From NCBI GenBank assembly GCA_043228905.1, contig JBHGNT010000282.1, positions 1-39,648 of the forward strand: 39,648 nt of DNA. The letters are read 5' to 3'. The position numbers were made by a program, and so were the translations under genes. Under the pieces are notes generated by a model. The model was given only the letters and a program-made list of their open reading frames with translations. It searched no databases and was not told where the DNA came from. This stretch comes from Azolla caroliniana. Taxonomy: Eukaryota; Plantae; Polypodiophyta. Each line of letters starts with the position of its first letter. Position 1 is the stretch's first letter. Positions 11,323 to 23,222 of the stretch are shown here, piece by piece.

Positions 11323-12293
11323 AAAAAAAAGAAAAAAAAGAAAAAAGAAGAAAAAAAAAGAAAAAAAAAGAAAAAAAAAGAAAAAAAAGAAAACAAAAGA
11401 AAAAGAAAAGAAAAAAAAAGAAAAAGAAAGAAAAAAAAAGAAAAAAAAGAAAAAAAAAGCAAAAAAAAAAGAAAAAAAAGAAAAAAAAAGGAAAAAAAAG
11501 AAAAAAAAAGAAAAAAAAGAAAAAAAAAGAAAAAAAAAGAAAAAAAAAGAAAAAAAAAGAAAAAAAAAGAAAAAAAAGAAAAAAAAGAAAAAAAAGAAAA
11601 AAAAGAAAAAAAAAGAAAAAAAAGAAAAAAAAAGAAAAAAAAAGAAAAAAAAAGAAGAAAAAAGAAAACAAAAGAAAACAAAAGAAAACAAAAGAAAAAG
11701 AAAACAAAAAAAAAGAAGAAAAAAGAAAAAAAAAGAAAAAGAAAGAAAAAGAAAGAAAAGAAAAAAAAAGAAAAAGAAAGAAAAGAAAAAAAAAGAAAAA
11801 GAAAGAAAAAGAAAGAAAAAAGAAGGAAAAAAGGAAAAAAAAGAAAAAAAAGAAAAAAAAGAAAAAAAAAGAAAAAAAAAGAAAAAAGAGAAAAAAAAAG
11901 AAAAAAAAAGAAAAAATAGAAAAAAAAGAAAAAAAAGAAAAAAAAAGCAAAAAAAAGGAGAAAAAAAGAAAAAAAAGAAAAAAAAAGAAAAAAAAGAAAA
12001 AAAAAGAAAAAAAAGAAAAAAAAAGAAAAAAAAGAAAAAAAAAGAAAAAAAAAGAAAAAAAAGAAAAAAAAGAAAAAAAAGAAAAAAAAAGCAAAAAAAA
12101 GGAGAAAAAAAGAAAAAAAAAAGAAAAAAAAAGAAAAAAAAGAAAAAAAAGAAAAAAAAGAAAAAAAAGAAAAAAAAGAAAAAAAAGAAAAAAAAGAAAA
12201 AAAAGAAAAAAAGAAAAAGAAAGAAAAAGAAAGAAAAAGAAAGAAAAAGAAAGAAAAAGAAGAAAAAGGGAAAAAAAAAGAGAAAAAAAGAGA
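11016..12293 (+). repeat. ~1.28-kb polypurine simple repeat (A7-9G)n
   Basis: Almost exclusively A and G on plus, with rare C/T interruptions. Confidence 0.97.
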
Positions 12294-12486
12294 CCCACTC
12301 ACTATTTTTAGATGAGGAACAACCTTCAAGAAAAGAAAGTACAAATGGTTCACATGACGCGTGGCCCTTAACTATCAGTATGGCAGGGAAGATTCTCAAT
12401 CTAGGGCACAACGATACGTCTCGAGAACTGAGGCATTCACATAAAAGAAGCAACAATAGCAACAACAGCCATAACGACCACAATCG

Positions 12487-13071
12487 TTTTGGGAATATGT
12501 CCCTCCAGTGAGAGGATGATCCGATTATTCAGAAAGCCGACAAACGAAGAGTCGGAAAACAGGAGCCGAGTTGATGAGGAACTCGGCCGAGGCCGAAACC
12601 GGAACCGAGTAAATAGCCAACTCGGGAGACTATATTTGTAAATAGTCTTAGTGTGCGCCACATGAGGGCTATGTATGTAAATAACTAGAAAGTTGCGTAA
12701 GTATATATGCAACTAGGGAAAACATGTTGGTTAGTATGAACAGTGTAGAACACAGAAGTAGTAGTGTGCAAGAGAATGTGGGAGAGAGAGAAGCGTGAGC
12801 CGCGCCATAGTTGTGTTGTTATAGTAGATGCGAAGAGCCTTGCGTGGCTGTTACACTCAACAGAGTGTTGTAACCTTCTCGGTGGTGTATATCCACTATT
12901 TGGATAGTGACGCTTCGTTCCCGTGGTTTTTCCCCGTTTTAGGGTTTCCACGTAAATCTCTGTGTACATCTGTCGTTTATCTTGTCTTTGTCATTTCTGG
13001 CATTTCGGTGTGATTCGTATTTCAGCGCATTATTTGTCTATTGTGATTTATTCTGTGACGATTTCTTATCA
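12487..13071 (+). mobile_element. Solo LTR related to the E/J/I (Tnt1/Tork-like) LTRs
   Basis: Flanked by AATCG at 12482-12486 and 13072-13076; start TTTTGGGAATATGTCCCTCC resembles TGTTGGAAATTCTGTCCCTCC; shares TATATTTGTAAATAG and CCCGTGGTTTTTCCC..TAGGGTTTCCACGTAAA with LTR I; ends CA. Confidence 0.85.
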
Positions 13072-13170
13072 AATCGTTCTGCTCAACCCTACTATCACTC
13101 TCTTACTCTCTGTAACCTACCTCCCTCTCGCTCTCCATCTCCACAGCCTTCTGAGTTTTCCGATCACAAC

Positions 13171-13550
13171 ATGTCGCTCGAAGTATCTAAGGAACTACTC
13201 CTCACCTGGAAGCCCAAGCCATCGCCAAGAAAATCCACCCAGACACCATCAGCAACAATATGATTCATGTAGCTCTGTGATTGTAGAGAGGGGCGAGCAC
13301 AACATCGACACACCGCCCCAAGATATTTTGGAGCAACACTTTAGAGAGTATTCGCTCTTGGCGAAGGCCCATCACACTCATGGGGGTCCCAATGAGTTCT
13401 TCAGGAACCTAGCCCACTTTCTCCTCGAATACGCCTGTGTCCATGCCAACCCTACAACATGCCAAAGAAGAAGGGAGGATTGATCATCATGGCTTATCGA
13501 GGCGGAGCCATCGATTGGGTTGCGCATACTGCGACTGTCTTCGTTCCTTA
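13171..13550 (+). pseudogene. Post-integrase extra ORF of G2 (frameshifted), homolog of 13950-14706
   Basis: Across frames: PHLEAQAIAKKIHPDTISNNMIHVAL*L*RG / EHNIDTPPQDILEQHFREYSLLAKAHHTHGG..FRNLAHFLLEY / MPKKKGGLIIMAYRGGAIDW. Confidence 0.7.
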
Positions 13551-13609
13551 CGGTTGTTCACCTACTTTGACTTACTTCCTATTACGTTTCTTAGAATTAA
13601 AATTTTGGA

Positions 13610-13900
13610 CCATGGACAACACCAGGTTAAACGCAAACTATGGGGTATTGTTTCCGTAGTCAAGGCCGATAAAGACTACTTAATCGGGACGGAAGTGATA
13701 ATCGAGACGGAAAACCAACCGATTCTTGGTATGGTTTCCGGATGCACAACTCCAGACCTGGCGATGTTCAGGTGGATCCAACACATCTCCAGAAAGGACA
13801 ACTCCATGGCCGATATGCTTTCGAGAGCACGGTTCAACAACGAGGACAACATGGTGTCAGAGGACGAAGAAATCGGTATGGATTTCTTCGAGACTGCCTA
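13610..13900 (+). pseudogene. Gypsy RNase H fragment, probably of the element B family
   Basis: QVKRKLWGIVSVVKADKDYLIG.EVIIETENQPILGM...RWI.HISRKDNSMADMLSR; unlike the RNase H of G. Confidence 0.75.
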
Positions 13901-13949
13901 ATTGAGGGCAAATAAACAAAACGCTCCTGGGTTTCCATGTTAATATTTT

Positions 13950-14706
13950 GAGCCAAGGTGGGCAGCTCTTGCGCTTGCCAACGAAGTTTTATTTTTAGGG
14001 GCTTCACCGGTAGCTCCGCCGGCACCTCCTTCTCTGCCTGCTGTTTCCAACTGTGTTGACGGTTCCTGTTCCTTTTGCGCCGATCCTCCCTATGACCATC
14101 CGGGAGTGTGCTTGGCGAGGAGTTACTGCTGCTTAGATGGCTTGGTGGGCATTGTATCCGTCGTTCGAGCCCACTTCTTGTCTTTTATGGCTAATATCGG
14201 GGGTGCGAGAAGGGTGAGCCACCGCGCCACCGCGGTCTAGACCTTCTTTCCATCCACAATCGATTGGATGGCTGCTCGCAATGAATCAGCGGTGATCACC
14301 GGCCAAGCCAATCCACTCGAACCCCTTCATATGTTGCGATGTTGAAACCGGCCCTATTCTTAGGCATCGCCTGAGGGCGAGGATGTATGAAGCCGTATTC
14401 ATGAAGCACACAGGCTACTTCTCGAAATAGGGCATCTTCACCGCCCTGTGTCTGGTACACTTTGCTGGCGAGGGAGTATTCGCCGAAGAACTTTGTCAGT
14501 GTCTATGGGGAAGGATTCTCGATGGAGAAAAGCCCTCCCTTTGGTAGACCGATGAGGGCTCGGATAGCGTCCTTCGTGATTTCTTCAAGGTCGATTTTTT
14601 GTGCGACCTTTTCCGGTTCTTCGTGAGGAGGTGCTTCGACTACCCGGAGGAAACCCTTCAGTCCATTCTGGGTTAACTACTTCTTTGCTGTTTCAGAGAG
14701 CGCCAT
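13950..14706 (-). pseudogene. Post-integrase extra ORF of element G (unknown function; Athila env-like position)
   Basis: MALSETAKK*LTQNGLKGFLRVVEAPPHEEPEKVAQKIDLEEITKDAIRALIGLPKGG...FFGEYSLASKVYQTQGG...MPKNRAGFNIATYEGVRVDW; missed by the ORF track because of stops. 3' end approximate. Confidence 0.7.
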
Positions 14707-15013
14707 AGGTGCAAGTTCGTTGTTGGTTTCACTTGTGCTAGGGAGTGTTGGCGCGCCGGTGCTTTCTGTTTGTGCGTGTTTGATAACCTGTATCCGCTTC
14801 TGCTCTCTGTACGCTCTATTCTCGCGAAATGAAAACGCTTTTGCGATGCAGATGTTTTGTGTCCCCATTTTGCTTCCTTTTCTTGATTCTCGCGCATGCA
14901 CGTCGTGTACCATAATAGGGGTTGTACGTCGCGTGGTGCGCTTTAAATGGCTGACATCACGCCGTTTCGGGGTGTCTATTCATCAATTTTTTATTTAGTA
15001 TGGAGAAGTGTTA

Positions 15014-17654
15014 TCATATTCCCATAGTAACCGGCAATGCCAAATCCAGTTTGAGTGCCTCCTGGTTACCAGATATCTGGTTACCGTTCCCGGTTTCCAC
15101 TCTGTCATCCAGTTGCTTGAACGGATTTCGTGGCATTAGTCCGTGATAAGGTTTCAGTCGGAAACCGTTTACCCACTTCTCTAGGATTTCACTGACCAAC
15201 ATTCCTAATTGATAGGACCACTTCAATTCTCGCAATATCCAGTATGGTCCGATCCACCGAAATTGTAGTTTTCCGGGCATCTTCCCCATCCGGGTCTGGA
15301 ATACCAATACCGTGTTGCCAATCCCGAACAACTTTTCATTCCCCTTCCGGTTTCAGTCAATGAAAGCTTTCTACCGCCTTTGTTCGAGCTCCAACTGGAG
15401 TACAAAAACTATCAGGTGCTCCTCCAATTCGCACAATGTTAATAGCCAGAGTTTTTCTGAGTCTTTCTCACTCAACCTCTCCCGGACCTGTAATCGTTAA
15501 CTCGAAATCTGAAACTCCATAGGCATTACCGCTTCCAATCCAAAAGCTAACCAGAACGGTGTTGTCCGGATACTTGTCTTATATGTTGTTCGGTATGCCC
15601 ATAGCGTGCTCTATAGCTTCGTGTCCCAATCGGTCCGGTTTTCATTGACTATCTTCCGTAGAATATTCTGAAGTGTCTTGTTGGTGGACTCCGCTAATCC
15701 GTTGGCCTGTGGGTAGTATGGCATATTGTGCTTGTGCACCACTGCGTAGAATGTCGTTAAGCTCTCCACCACTTGTCCGAGGAAGTGTCCACCCTGATCG
15801 CTAATCAACTCGATCGTACACCCGTAACAGCACCAAATGTGCTCATATAGAAATTTCGTTGTCGATGCCGCGATATTATCTCTGAGTGCTTTTGCTTCCA
15901 CCCACTTCGTGTAAAAATCCGTTGCAACAATAATATACCAGTTGTTGGTTCTCATCGCCGGTGGTTTGAAGGGCCTGACAAAATCCATTCCCCATTTTTG
16001 GAAGGGATCCAATGGTAGCACCGGTTGATGCGGCATCCTTGCTTTCTCCGTTGGCTGGCCCATTCTTTGACAAAGGTTGCATTCCCTTGCATACCGGATG
16101 ACGTCTTTTAGTATTGTAGGCCACCACAATCCGCTTCTCCATATTTTCCTTGCCATTGCGTCTCCGGCATAGTGGCCTCCTGCCACCCCACAATGAGCTT
16201 CCCGTAGGATTACATCTTTTTCGTTGCTCCGTACCCCACGTTGCCAAATTCCGTCGGCTCCTTTATGGTATAACGTGTCCTATAGTAAACAAAAGTGACG
16301 GCTTTATACCACCAACCGTTTCCACTTGTTTCGTTTAACTCCTCCGGAGGCAGCCCAGAGCTTTGAAAATGATGACTATTCGTAAGCCACTTGTCTTTGT
16401 CGGCCACCGTCTCATCCACCGTGTTTTCCGCCGTCATCCTAAATAGTTGTGCATCTAGAAACTCATCCCAGACTCCGTTGCATGCCTCCCCGGATTCTAA
16501 TTGACTCAAGTAATCTGCTACTACATGTTGCACTCCTAGTCTGTGGTAGATGTCGAATTCGAACTCCTGTAACAACAACGTTCACCATGCTAGCTTGCCG
16601 GTTAAGGGTGACTTGGAGACCAAGTAAAGCAATGCCGAATGATCCACGTGAAAGGAAAAGTTTCGTCCTAGAAGGTAGTGGCAGAACTTCGTTACACTGT
16701 ACACCATCCCCAAGGCTTCTCGTTCTATCGTAGAGTAATTTCGCTCTTCCTGCGAGAGCTTCCTACTGGCATAATAAATCGGTCGGTACCACCGTGGTTG
16801 GCTGAGCTACATGAGAACGCTGCCGATGGCAATATCGGATGCATCCACAAACACATGAAATTCCTTAGTCCAATCTAGAGGTTGTACCACCAGTGCCTGT
16901 GACAGCATCACTTTCAGCGTGTGGTATGCCTTGCCCTCCAGCTCCGTCCATTGGAATGGGATTCGGTGTACGACCGTATGTAGGGGTGTCGCAAAATCGG
17001 TCAAATAGCGAAGCATCCGGCTGTGCCACCGGATCTGGCCTAAAAACCAGCTTAGTGCCTTGGCATTTTTCGGCGGTGGTGCTCCCAAAATTGCTTTTAC
17101 TTTATCCTATTAAACCGCGATGCCATCTTTGCTATGATGTGTCCTAATAATGTTCTACTCGTCACACCGAACACACATTTCGTCAGGTTCGGGCTCAACC
17201 GGTACCCCTGGCACTTTTCTAAACATAACTGGAGATGCTCTAGGTGTTCCCCTTTTCGGTTGTAAACCGCAAAATCATCTAGAAACACCTGCATGAACGT
17301 CGGGATGAACACTCCAAACATCTCCATAATGATCCGCGGAAAAGTTGTTGGTCCCGTCTTTAATTCGAACATCATTACTACCGCTACGAAGACTCCCCAT
17401 TCCGTAACGAATGTTGTCTTGTCCTAGTGTTCCGAATTTGGTTGTCTCCACTAAATCCATTGAGAACGCTATATACCTCATGCCGGGCTATTGCGTCCAG
17501 GACTCCATCCGTAAATGGGAGTGGAAACACGTCCGTGACTGTTGCGGCATTTAATTTCTGGTAATCCACACATACCCGAATTTTGCCATTCTTCTTGGGA
17601 ACTACCACAATCGGGCTTAGCCATGTTGCTTGCTTCACCAGCCGGATAAAACCG
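15014..17654 (-). pseudogene. Gypsy pol of G: RT, RNase H, integrase
   Basis: RVCVDYQKLN, FLDDF, FVDASDIAIG, GGHYAG..CNLCQR, KWGMDF, LISDQGGHF, YYPQANGLAES, GPY/F tail. Confidence 0.92.
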
Positions 17655-18068
17655 TGTCAACGATTACTTGCGGAAGCGTTAGAAAACAGAGAAAGCAGGG
17701 AATATACATAGTACACGACAGAGACAGAGAGAACAGAACCTCAAAGCTATGTTTTAAAAATATAAAAACACTTTGTACATACAACTATGCTCAATAGCAT
17801 CATTTATACAAGTCCTCGTGGGACTGACAGAAGTACCGCGTACTTCAATGCTCACACGAGCATCTGACACTTACTACGAGACTATAATTGCCTAGTAGTC
17901 TACACTAATACTAGGCTTCTGGTTACTGATTGGATCCGGCTAATCGGCTCCCCAGCTCACCGGCTCTGTTGCTTGCCGCCTCGGTTGCTCACAGCTTACT
18001 GATCCGTTTCGCGTGTCGGCTCAGGCTTATTCAGCCGATTCGGCTCCAGTTGAGCTTGCCGCTCAACA
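17655..18068 (-). repeat. 3' LTR of C
   Basis: TG...CA; PPT adjacent. Confidence 0.95.
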
Positions 18069-18599
18069 CTCCCCCTCAAGCTCAACTTGAGGTTGGATCC
18101 TGGTGTCAGTCTCTGTGGCAGTCGGTTCTTCCAACCGACTTCCCCTGGCGTCGCTCCGCCTTGCTCGTGCTCCTCGTCTGGTCCGGTTCTGTTTGCCGCG
18201 ACCCTTCTGGTTCTGCGCGCCTCGACCTTCTTGGTCGGCATGTTTCCTCAATAGGCCCCTCTTAGCTCCTTTGCTGCTATGACTCCGGAGCTTGCCGATC
18301 CGTCGGTTCCTCGACGATGGCATCAACTTCTGCTACATCCGTGTCTGCTTGGCCTTGAATTGATCCGGTTCTTCTGAATCTGTCTTTTGAACCGAATCGA
18401 CTGTCTCCGATTTGTTCCAGCTCTTGTCCGAATCGGTTGCTCCCGATTCGTCTTCTGGTTCCAAGCCCTTCACTACATCGGACCATGTCCGGGTCTTGGA
18501 CTTCTTCCTTCGGTCGGCTCTGTCCTTCTTGACTCTGCCGCCTTATGTTCTTCCCTCACCGGCGCAATCGGCAATCTCTTTGCCTTTGCCCGTTCCGGT

Positions 18600-20414
18600 G
18601 TCTCTGTCCGTTCTCCCCCTCAAGTGTGGCACGTCGAGATGCTTAACACCAAGCATTTCGGTGAAGTGCTGCAACTTGTCCGATCCAAGTGGTTTGGTGA
18701 AGATGTCGGCAACTTGCCAATCCATGTGAACATACCGAAGTTCAACTTCATCGCTCTAGACCCGCTCACGCACAAAGTGATAGTGCACTTCTATGTGCTT
18801 CGTGCGAGCATGGAACACAGGGTTCTTGGCGAGCTGCATGCTACTGATGTTATCACAATAAATCGGGATTGGGGTTGGTACCTCGATCCACAAGTCTCGC
18901 AGCAGTCGCCGAAGCCAAATGGCTTCACAGGTTGCAAAGGTTGCGCCCCGGTACTCAGCCTGAGTGCTTGATAGAGCCACTGTTGGCTGCTTTTTGCTGC
19001 TCCATGCAACACCTGCGCTCCCAAGGGAAAACATAAAACCAGAGGTTGATCGGCGATCTAATGCATCTCCGGCCCAATCGGCATCTGTGTAACCGACCAG
19101 CTCTTCGGGTATACCGTGCCGGTATAATAGGGCCCGATCCTTCGTGCCGCTTATATATCGCAGTATCCGTTGCGCGCACTGAAGGTGCTCCACGGTCGGC
19201 TTCTGCATGAATTGACTTATCATTCCGACTGGATAGCTGATGTCGGGTCGCGTGATAGTCAAGTAAATAAGGCTTCCGACGATTTGTCGGAACCGTTTCT
19301 CATTGCAGGCCGGTCCGGAGTTGGGACGAAGCTTTTGGTTCCGGTCCAAGGGTGTGGAGACAGGTCGACATTCTGTCATGCCGAACTTGTACAACATATT
19401 CAAGATGTAATGTCGTTGTGAGAGCAATATGCCATCCGGGGTTCGGATCACCTCGATCCCTAGAAAATAATGAAGGTCCCCCAGATCCTTCATCTCAAAT
19501 GCGTCCGACAACTGAGACTTGACGCGGTTGATTTCGGGAACACCCGGTCCGGTGATGACTAGATGATCAACATACAACAGTATACATACCGGACCAGTTG
19601 AGCCTTGCTGGATGAACAATGAAGAGTCCGATTTGGAGGCCACAAACCCCATCTTACGCAACCGGTGCGTGATCTTCGCATTCCAAGCTCGAGGAGCTTG
19701 CTTCAGGCTGTACAACGACTTCTTCAGCCGGCATACCGCCGACTTGTTCATCTCCGATTCAAAGCCGGGGGCCTGAGTCATAAAGACTTCTTCTTCAAGA
19801 TCACCCTGAAGAAACACATTCTTCACATCCATCTGGTGAAGATGCCACCCCCTTGCTGCAGCAACCGCCAGCACCCCACGAACCGTCGTCATCTTTGCTA
19901 TAGGAGCGAAGGTCTTGTTGTAGTCGATTCCGTGGGTCTGCGCATATCCCTTCGCCACTAACCGGGCTTTATACCGGTTAACAGAACCTTCAACATTGTA
20001 CTTTACCTTGTATATCCACTTGCATCTGATCGGTTTATAGTGATGAGGAGGGTCAACCAGTTCCCATGTCTCGTTGACATCAAGTGCCTGCATTTCTTCC
20101 TCCATAGCGGCACGCCAATTTGCGTCCTTGGCCGCTTCTGCGTAGCTCTCCGGCTCACGCACCTCTGCCACCTTAGTCATGTACACATAGTGATGCGCCA
20201 TGTAGTCATTGTACCTGTACCGCTTGACGAGATCCTTCTGGCGGGTGGACCGACGTAACTCATCGTTACCCGGTTTGAGGCCCTTGTTGGCTGGTTCGGT
20301 CTTCGTTGCCGAAGATCCGCCTTTCTCCTTGCGGGAGTCGGATGTACACTGATCCGACTCATCGTTGCCGGTTTTGAATTTCGGCATCTTCTTCTTCCCC
20401 TTCTCTTTGCGCGT
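18600..20414 (-). pseudogene. Copia C reverse transcriptase and RNase H
   Basis: YKARLVAKGY, HQMDVKNVFL, LKQAPRAW, LLYVDH (YVDD mutated), YTDADWAG, CDNISS, KHIEVHYHFVRE, QVADIFTKPL. Confidence 0.95.
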
Positions 20415-21171
20415 TGTCGCGTTGTTACGCGCGTGCGTGGAGAAAGGCAGGACCACGGGGGTCTTGGACTAGGGAGTGATGGAGCGTGGGAAGTCGTGCT
20501 TCACCATTTCCGGGGCATCCCAGAAGCACACCGGGAGAAACCGAAGGGAGAGAGAGAGAGCGCGCTTAACACCGACTCACGCACACACACTCACACACGC
20601 ACACACACAAGCCAACCCGACTCACCCCTTTAAGTACAGGAAACGCAAGAAAGGGGAAGCACCCGACACCAACGAAGATGCGAATATACACAGACAGACG
20701 CAAAGGTATATATATAAAAAGAAGAAGAATACTTTCCCGGCTTCGAGCCGCTCCAAGGTAGGTTATAGTAGTCGTCAGCTGCCAAGCCGCCATCGGGGAG
20801 CTCTCAGCTCGTCGCGCCGAGCGGGGTCTTGCACAGGAGGCCGAGCCAAAGCAAACCCTAAGCAAAACACGAAGGGGGAAGAAGAAGAAGAAGAAACCCT
20901 AAATCTAATGGTATACCCTCTAATGCAAAATGGGCAACCCTTTCACAAAGGGCGTTCCCTTCCTTTTATAGAACAAGAAGAGGGATGCGTTACAATGTGG
21001 GATAAATCCCGACTTACATGGGATCGTCTGTCCTGACTTGATTACTCTTCGGTGCCATAAAGGCGCCCTCGATATTCACACTAAATGTACATGGGTGCGT
21101 ACACACGCTGCACCCCGCCGATGTAGCCAATGTTTCCCGGTTTCCGCCTCTGGCCGAAATTCTTCACGACA
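20415..21171 (-). repeat. 3' LTR of H
   Basis: TGTCG...CGACA; direct repeat of 24701-25457. Confidence 0.95.
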
Positions 21172-22650
21172 TCCGCCCCCACCTAACTGCACGTCCACCG
21201 GTACGTGCCAAATCTGGTTGAAGGGTGAGAGATTTCGGCCGGCGAGAAACCGGTCTTCCGTGATCCGTATCCCGGCTCGCCGCTGGTTTGATCCGTCGGC
21301 TTCGATTCTTCCTTCGTGCTTACCTCCCCGTAGGCTCGTTCGACCCGTCAATGGGTCCTCTGCCGCGATCTCCGTAGTACGCGTACTTTCGTTGGCCCTT
21401 GTTCGGCCGTATGAATGCCCTGCTTCCTGTCGTATGCCCGATATCCTCCGCTTGAGGCATGCCCGTAGTGGCCCGCTTGGCCTCCGTTGTCCAATCGTGA
21501 TGTCCCGATGGTCGTCCCATGTTGTTTCGCGTTACCACCGCCCTTTCGCCGCCATCTTCCTTCTCCATGGTCTTATATCGCCGTGTCGGCTCGAACCGCC
21601 ATGGTCTCCGGAACGGTGTGGAGGATCCCTTTCCGGTCTTCTCCGCGATACCTCCGAACCGCGCAACCTATCTCCGCGCTTGCCTTTCCTCTCTGGCACC
21701 TCCGTGTGCCCCATACCTTCGTCCATTGTTTGGCACTGCCTGTGTCGCACTCCGGTTCATTGCACGCCTTGTCTGCCCCCTTTTCGGCCAGATCGTGCAT
21801 CGCCGCTCACCCGCATACCGGTGTCCTTTGCATCCGAGGAACACCCGTAGTAGCCCGCTTGGCCCTTCCCGTCTTCGTGCCGCTGTAGTAGGTCTTGAGT
21901 CTTCCGCTGGCCGTTGTCCCCTCGCCCCCACCAGCTTGTCACCCCGGGCTTGCCGTGTCAGTCTTCGCTACTTCGACGGAGCTCCCGAGATCTACGACGC
22001 GAGTGTGGAGGATCCTCCTCCGGCCTCTCTTGCCATCCCCTGCCTCCGACCCGGTGTAGTCCACTAGGCACTTGTCACCTCGTTCCCGGAACCTCTCTTG
22101 TGCCATCTTTCGCTTTCTTCGTTCGGCACGGCCCGTGCCGAACGCTGTCCTGTAGTCACGCTTTGATCCGGCCCGCGATGGCCACTTGCGAGACTCTTAT
22201 TCTGTCCCAGGTGTGCATTTCCGGCCCGACACACCTCCCCGTGTTTGCCCCTACCGGCTCCTTCCGAAACCTTGTGTCGTCGGGTCTCGTTCCCTGCCGC
22301 CACCATCCTTCTCCGTCGGTCTCACGTTGCCACGTTGGCCGAACTGCCGGAGACTCCAGATCAGTGTGAGGGTCTCATAGGACCGGACTCCGTTTCTATG
22401 CTTGCCGAAATTCGAGTGTCTTTTGTTTGAGTCGCTCCCGGACTCTCCTCGTGTCTTCCATGTAGTCGGGTGCCGTTTCCCGCCGCCACCAACCTTCTCT
22501 CTCAGTCTCATGTTGCCACGTTGGCCGAACTGCCGGAGTCTCTGGTTAAGTGTGGGGATCCCGTAGGACCGGACTTCCTTACGCCCATTGACCTTGCCGG
22601 AAGGTCCGATTTGGTTTGTGGCCGCCTCGCCGGCCTGATACCTCCTTGTC

Positions 22651-23009
22651 GTAGCCCTTGCCTTCGTCACCTCGCCGCCACCGTCAGTATCTTGGTCTTA
22701 CGTCGACCGCGTTGCCGACTGTCGAAGTCTCTAGAACCGGTGTGAAGGATCCTCCGTAGACCTCCGATTTGTAGCCCTTGCCTTCGTCACCTCGCCACCA
22801 CCGTCAGTATCTTGGTCTTACGTCGACCGCGTTGCTAATTGTCGAAGTCTCTAGAACCGGTGTGAAGGATCCTCCGTAGACCTCCGATTTGTCCCTTTGC
22901 CTTCGTCACCTCGCCGCCACCGTCAGTATCTTGGTCTTACGTCGACTGCGTTGCCGACTGCCGAAGTCTCTAGAACCGGTGTGAAGGATCCTCCTTGGGC
23001 CTCTGATTT
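22651..23009 (+). repeat. Tandem repeat, 3 x ~120 bp, inside H
   Basis: Units start at 22651, 22771 and 22891 (GTAGCCCTTGCCTTCGTCACCTCGCC...). Confidence 0.93.
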
Positions 23010-23222
23010 GGCTTCCCAATCCTGTCCCGGGTCGTCCTTTTCTGCATGCTGAGAGGGCGGTTTACTCCGCACCCTCTCTCGTGGTACCGACGTACCGTGT
23101 CCTCGGCCTCTTCGTAGGCCTGCTCTCTTCCTCCCTCCAAATATTGACCTTCGCCCGGTCGGTCTTTCTCCCCCATGTAAAAGAGGGCGGCTCGTCCCAC
23201 ACCCTCTTCCGTTTCGGCACTT

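Noticed and set aside
10982-12483. Three 438-489-aa Phe-rich ORFs
   Set aside because: Artefacts of the stop-free (T7-9C)n strand of the simple repeat; open in all three frames.
12371-13097. ACTATCA direct repeat as TSD of the solo LTR
   Set aside because: Gives non-LTR termini; AATCG at 12482 and 13072 fits LTR homology and the CA end better.
21076-21351. Possible integrase C-terminal remnant before the PPT of H
   Set aside because: Resemblance to a GPY/F tail is too weak to support by eye.
22651-23009. Possible CRISPR-like array (also 34601-34736)
   Set aside because: Head-to-tail tandem units without unique spacers, no cas genes, eukaryotic transposon context.
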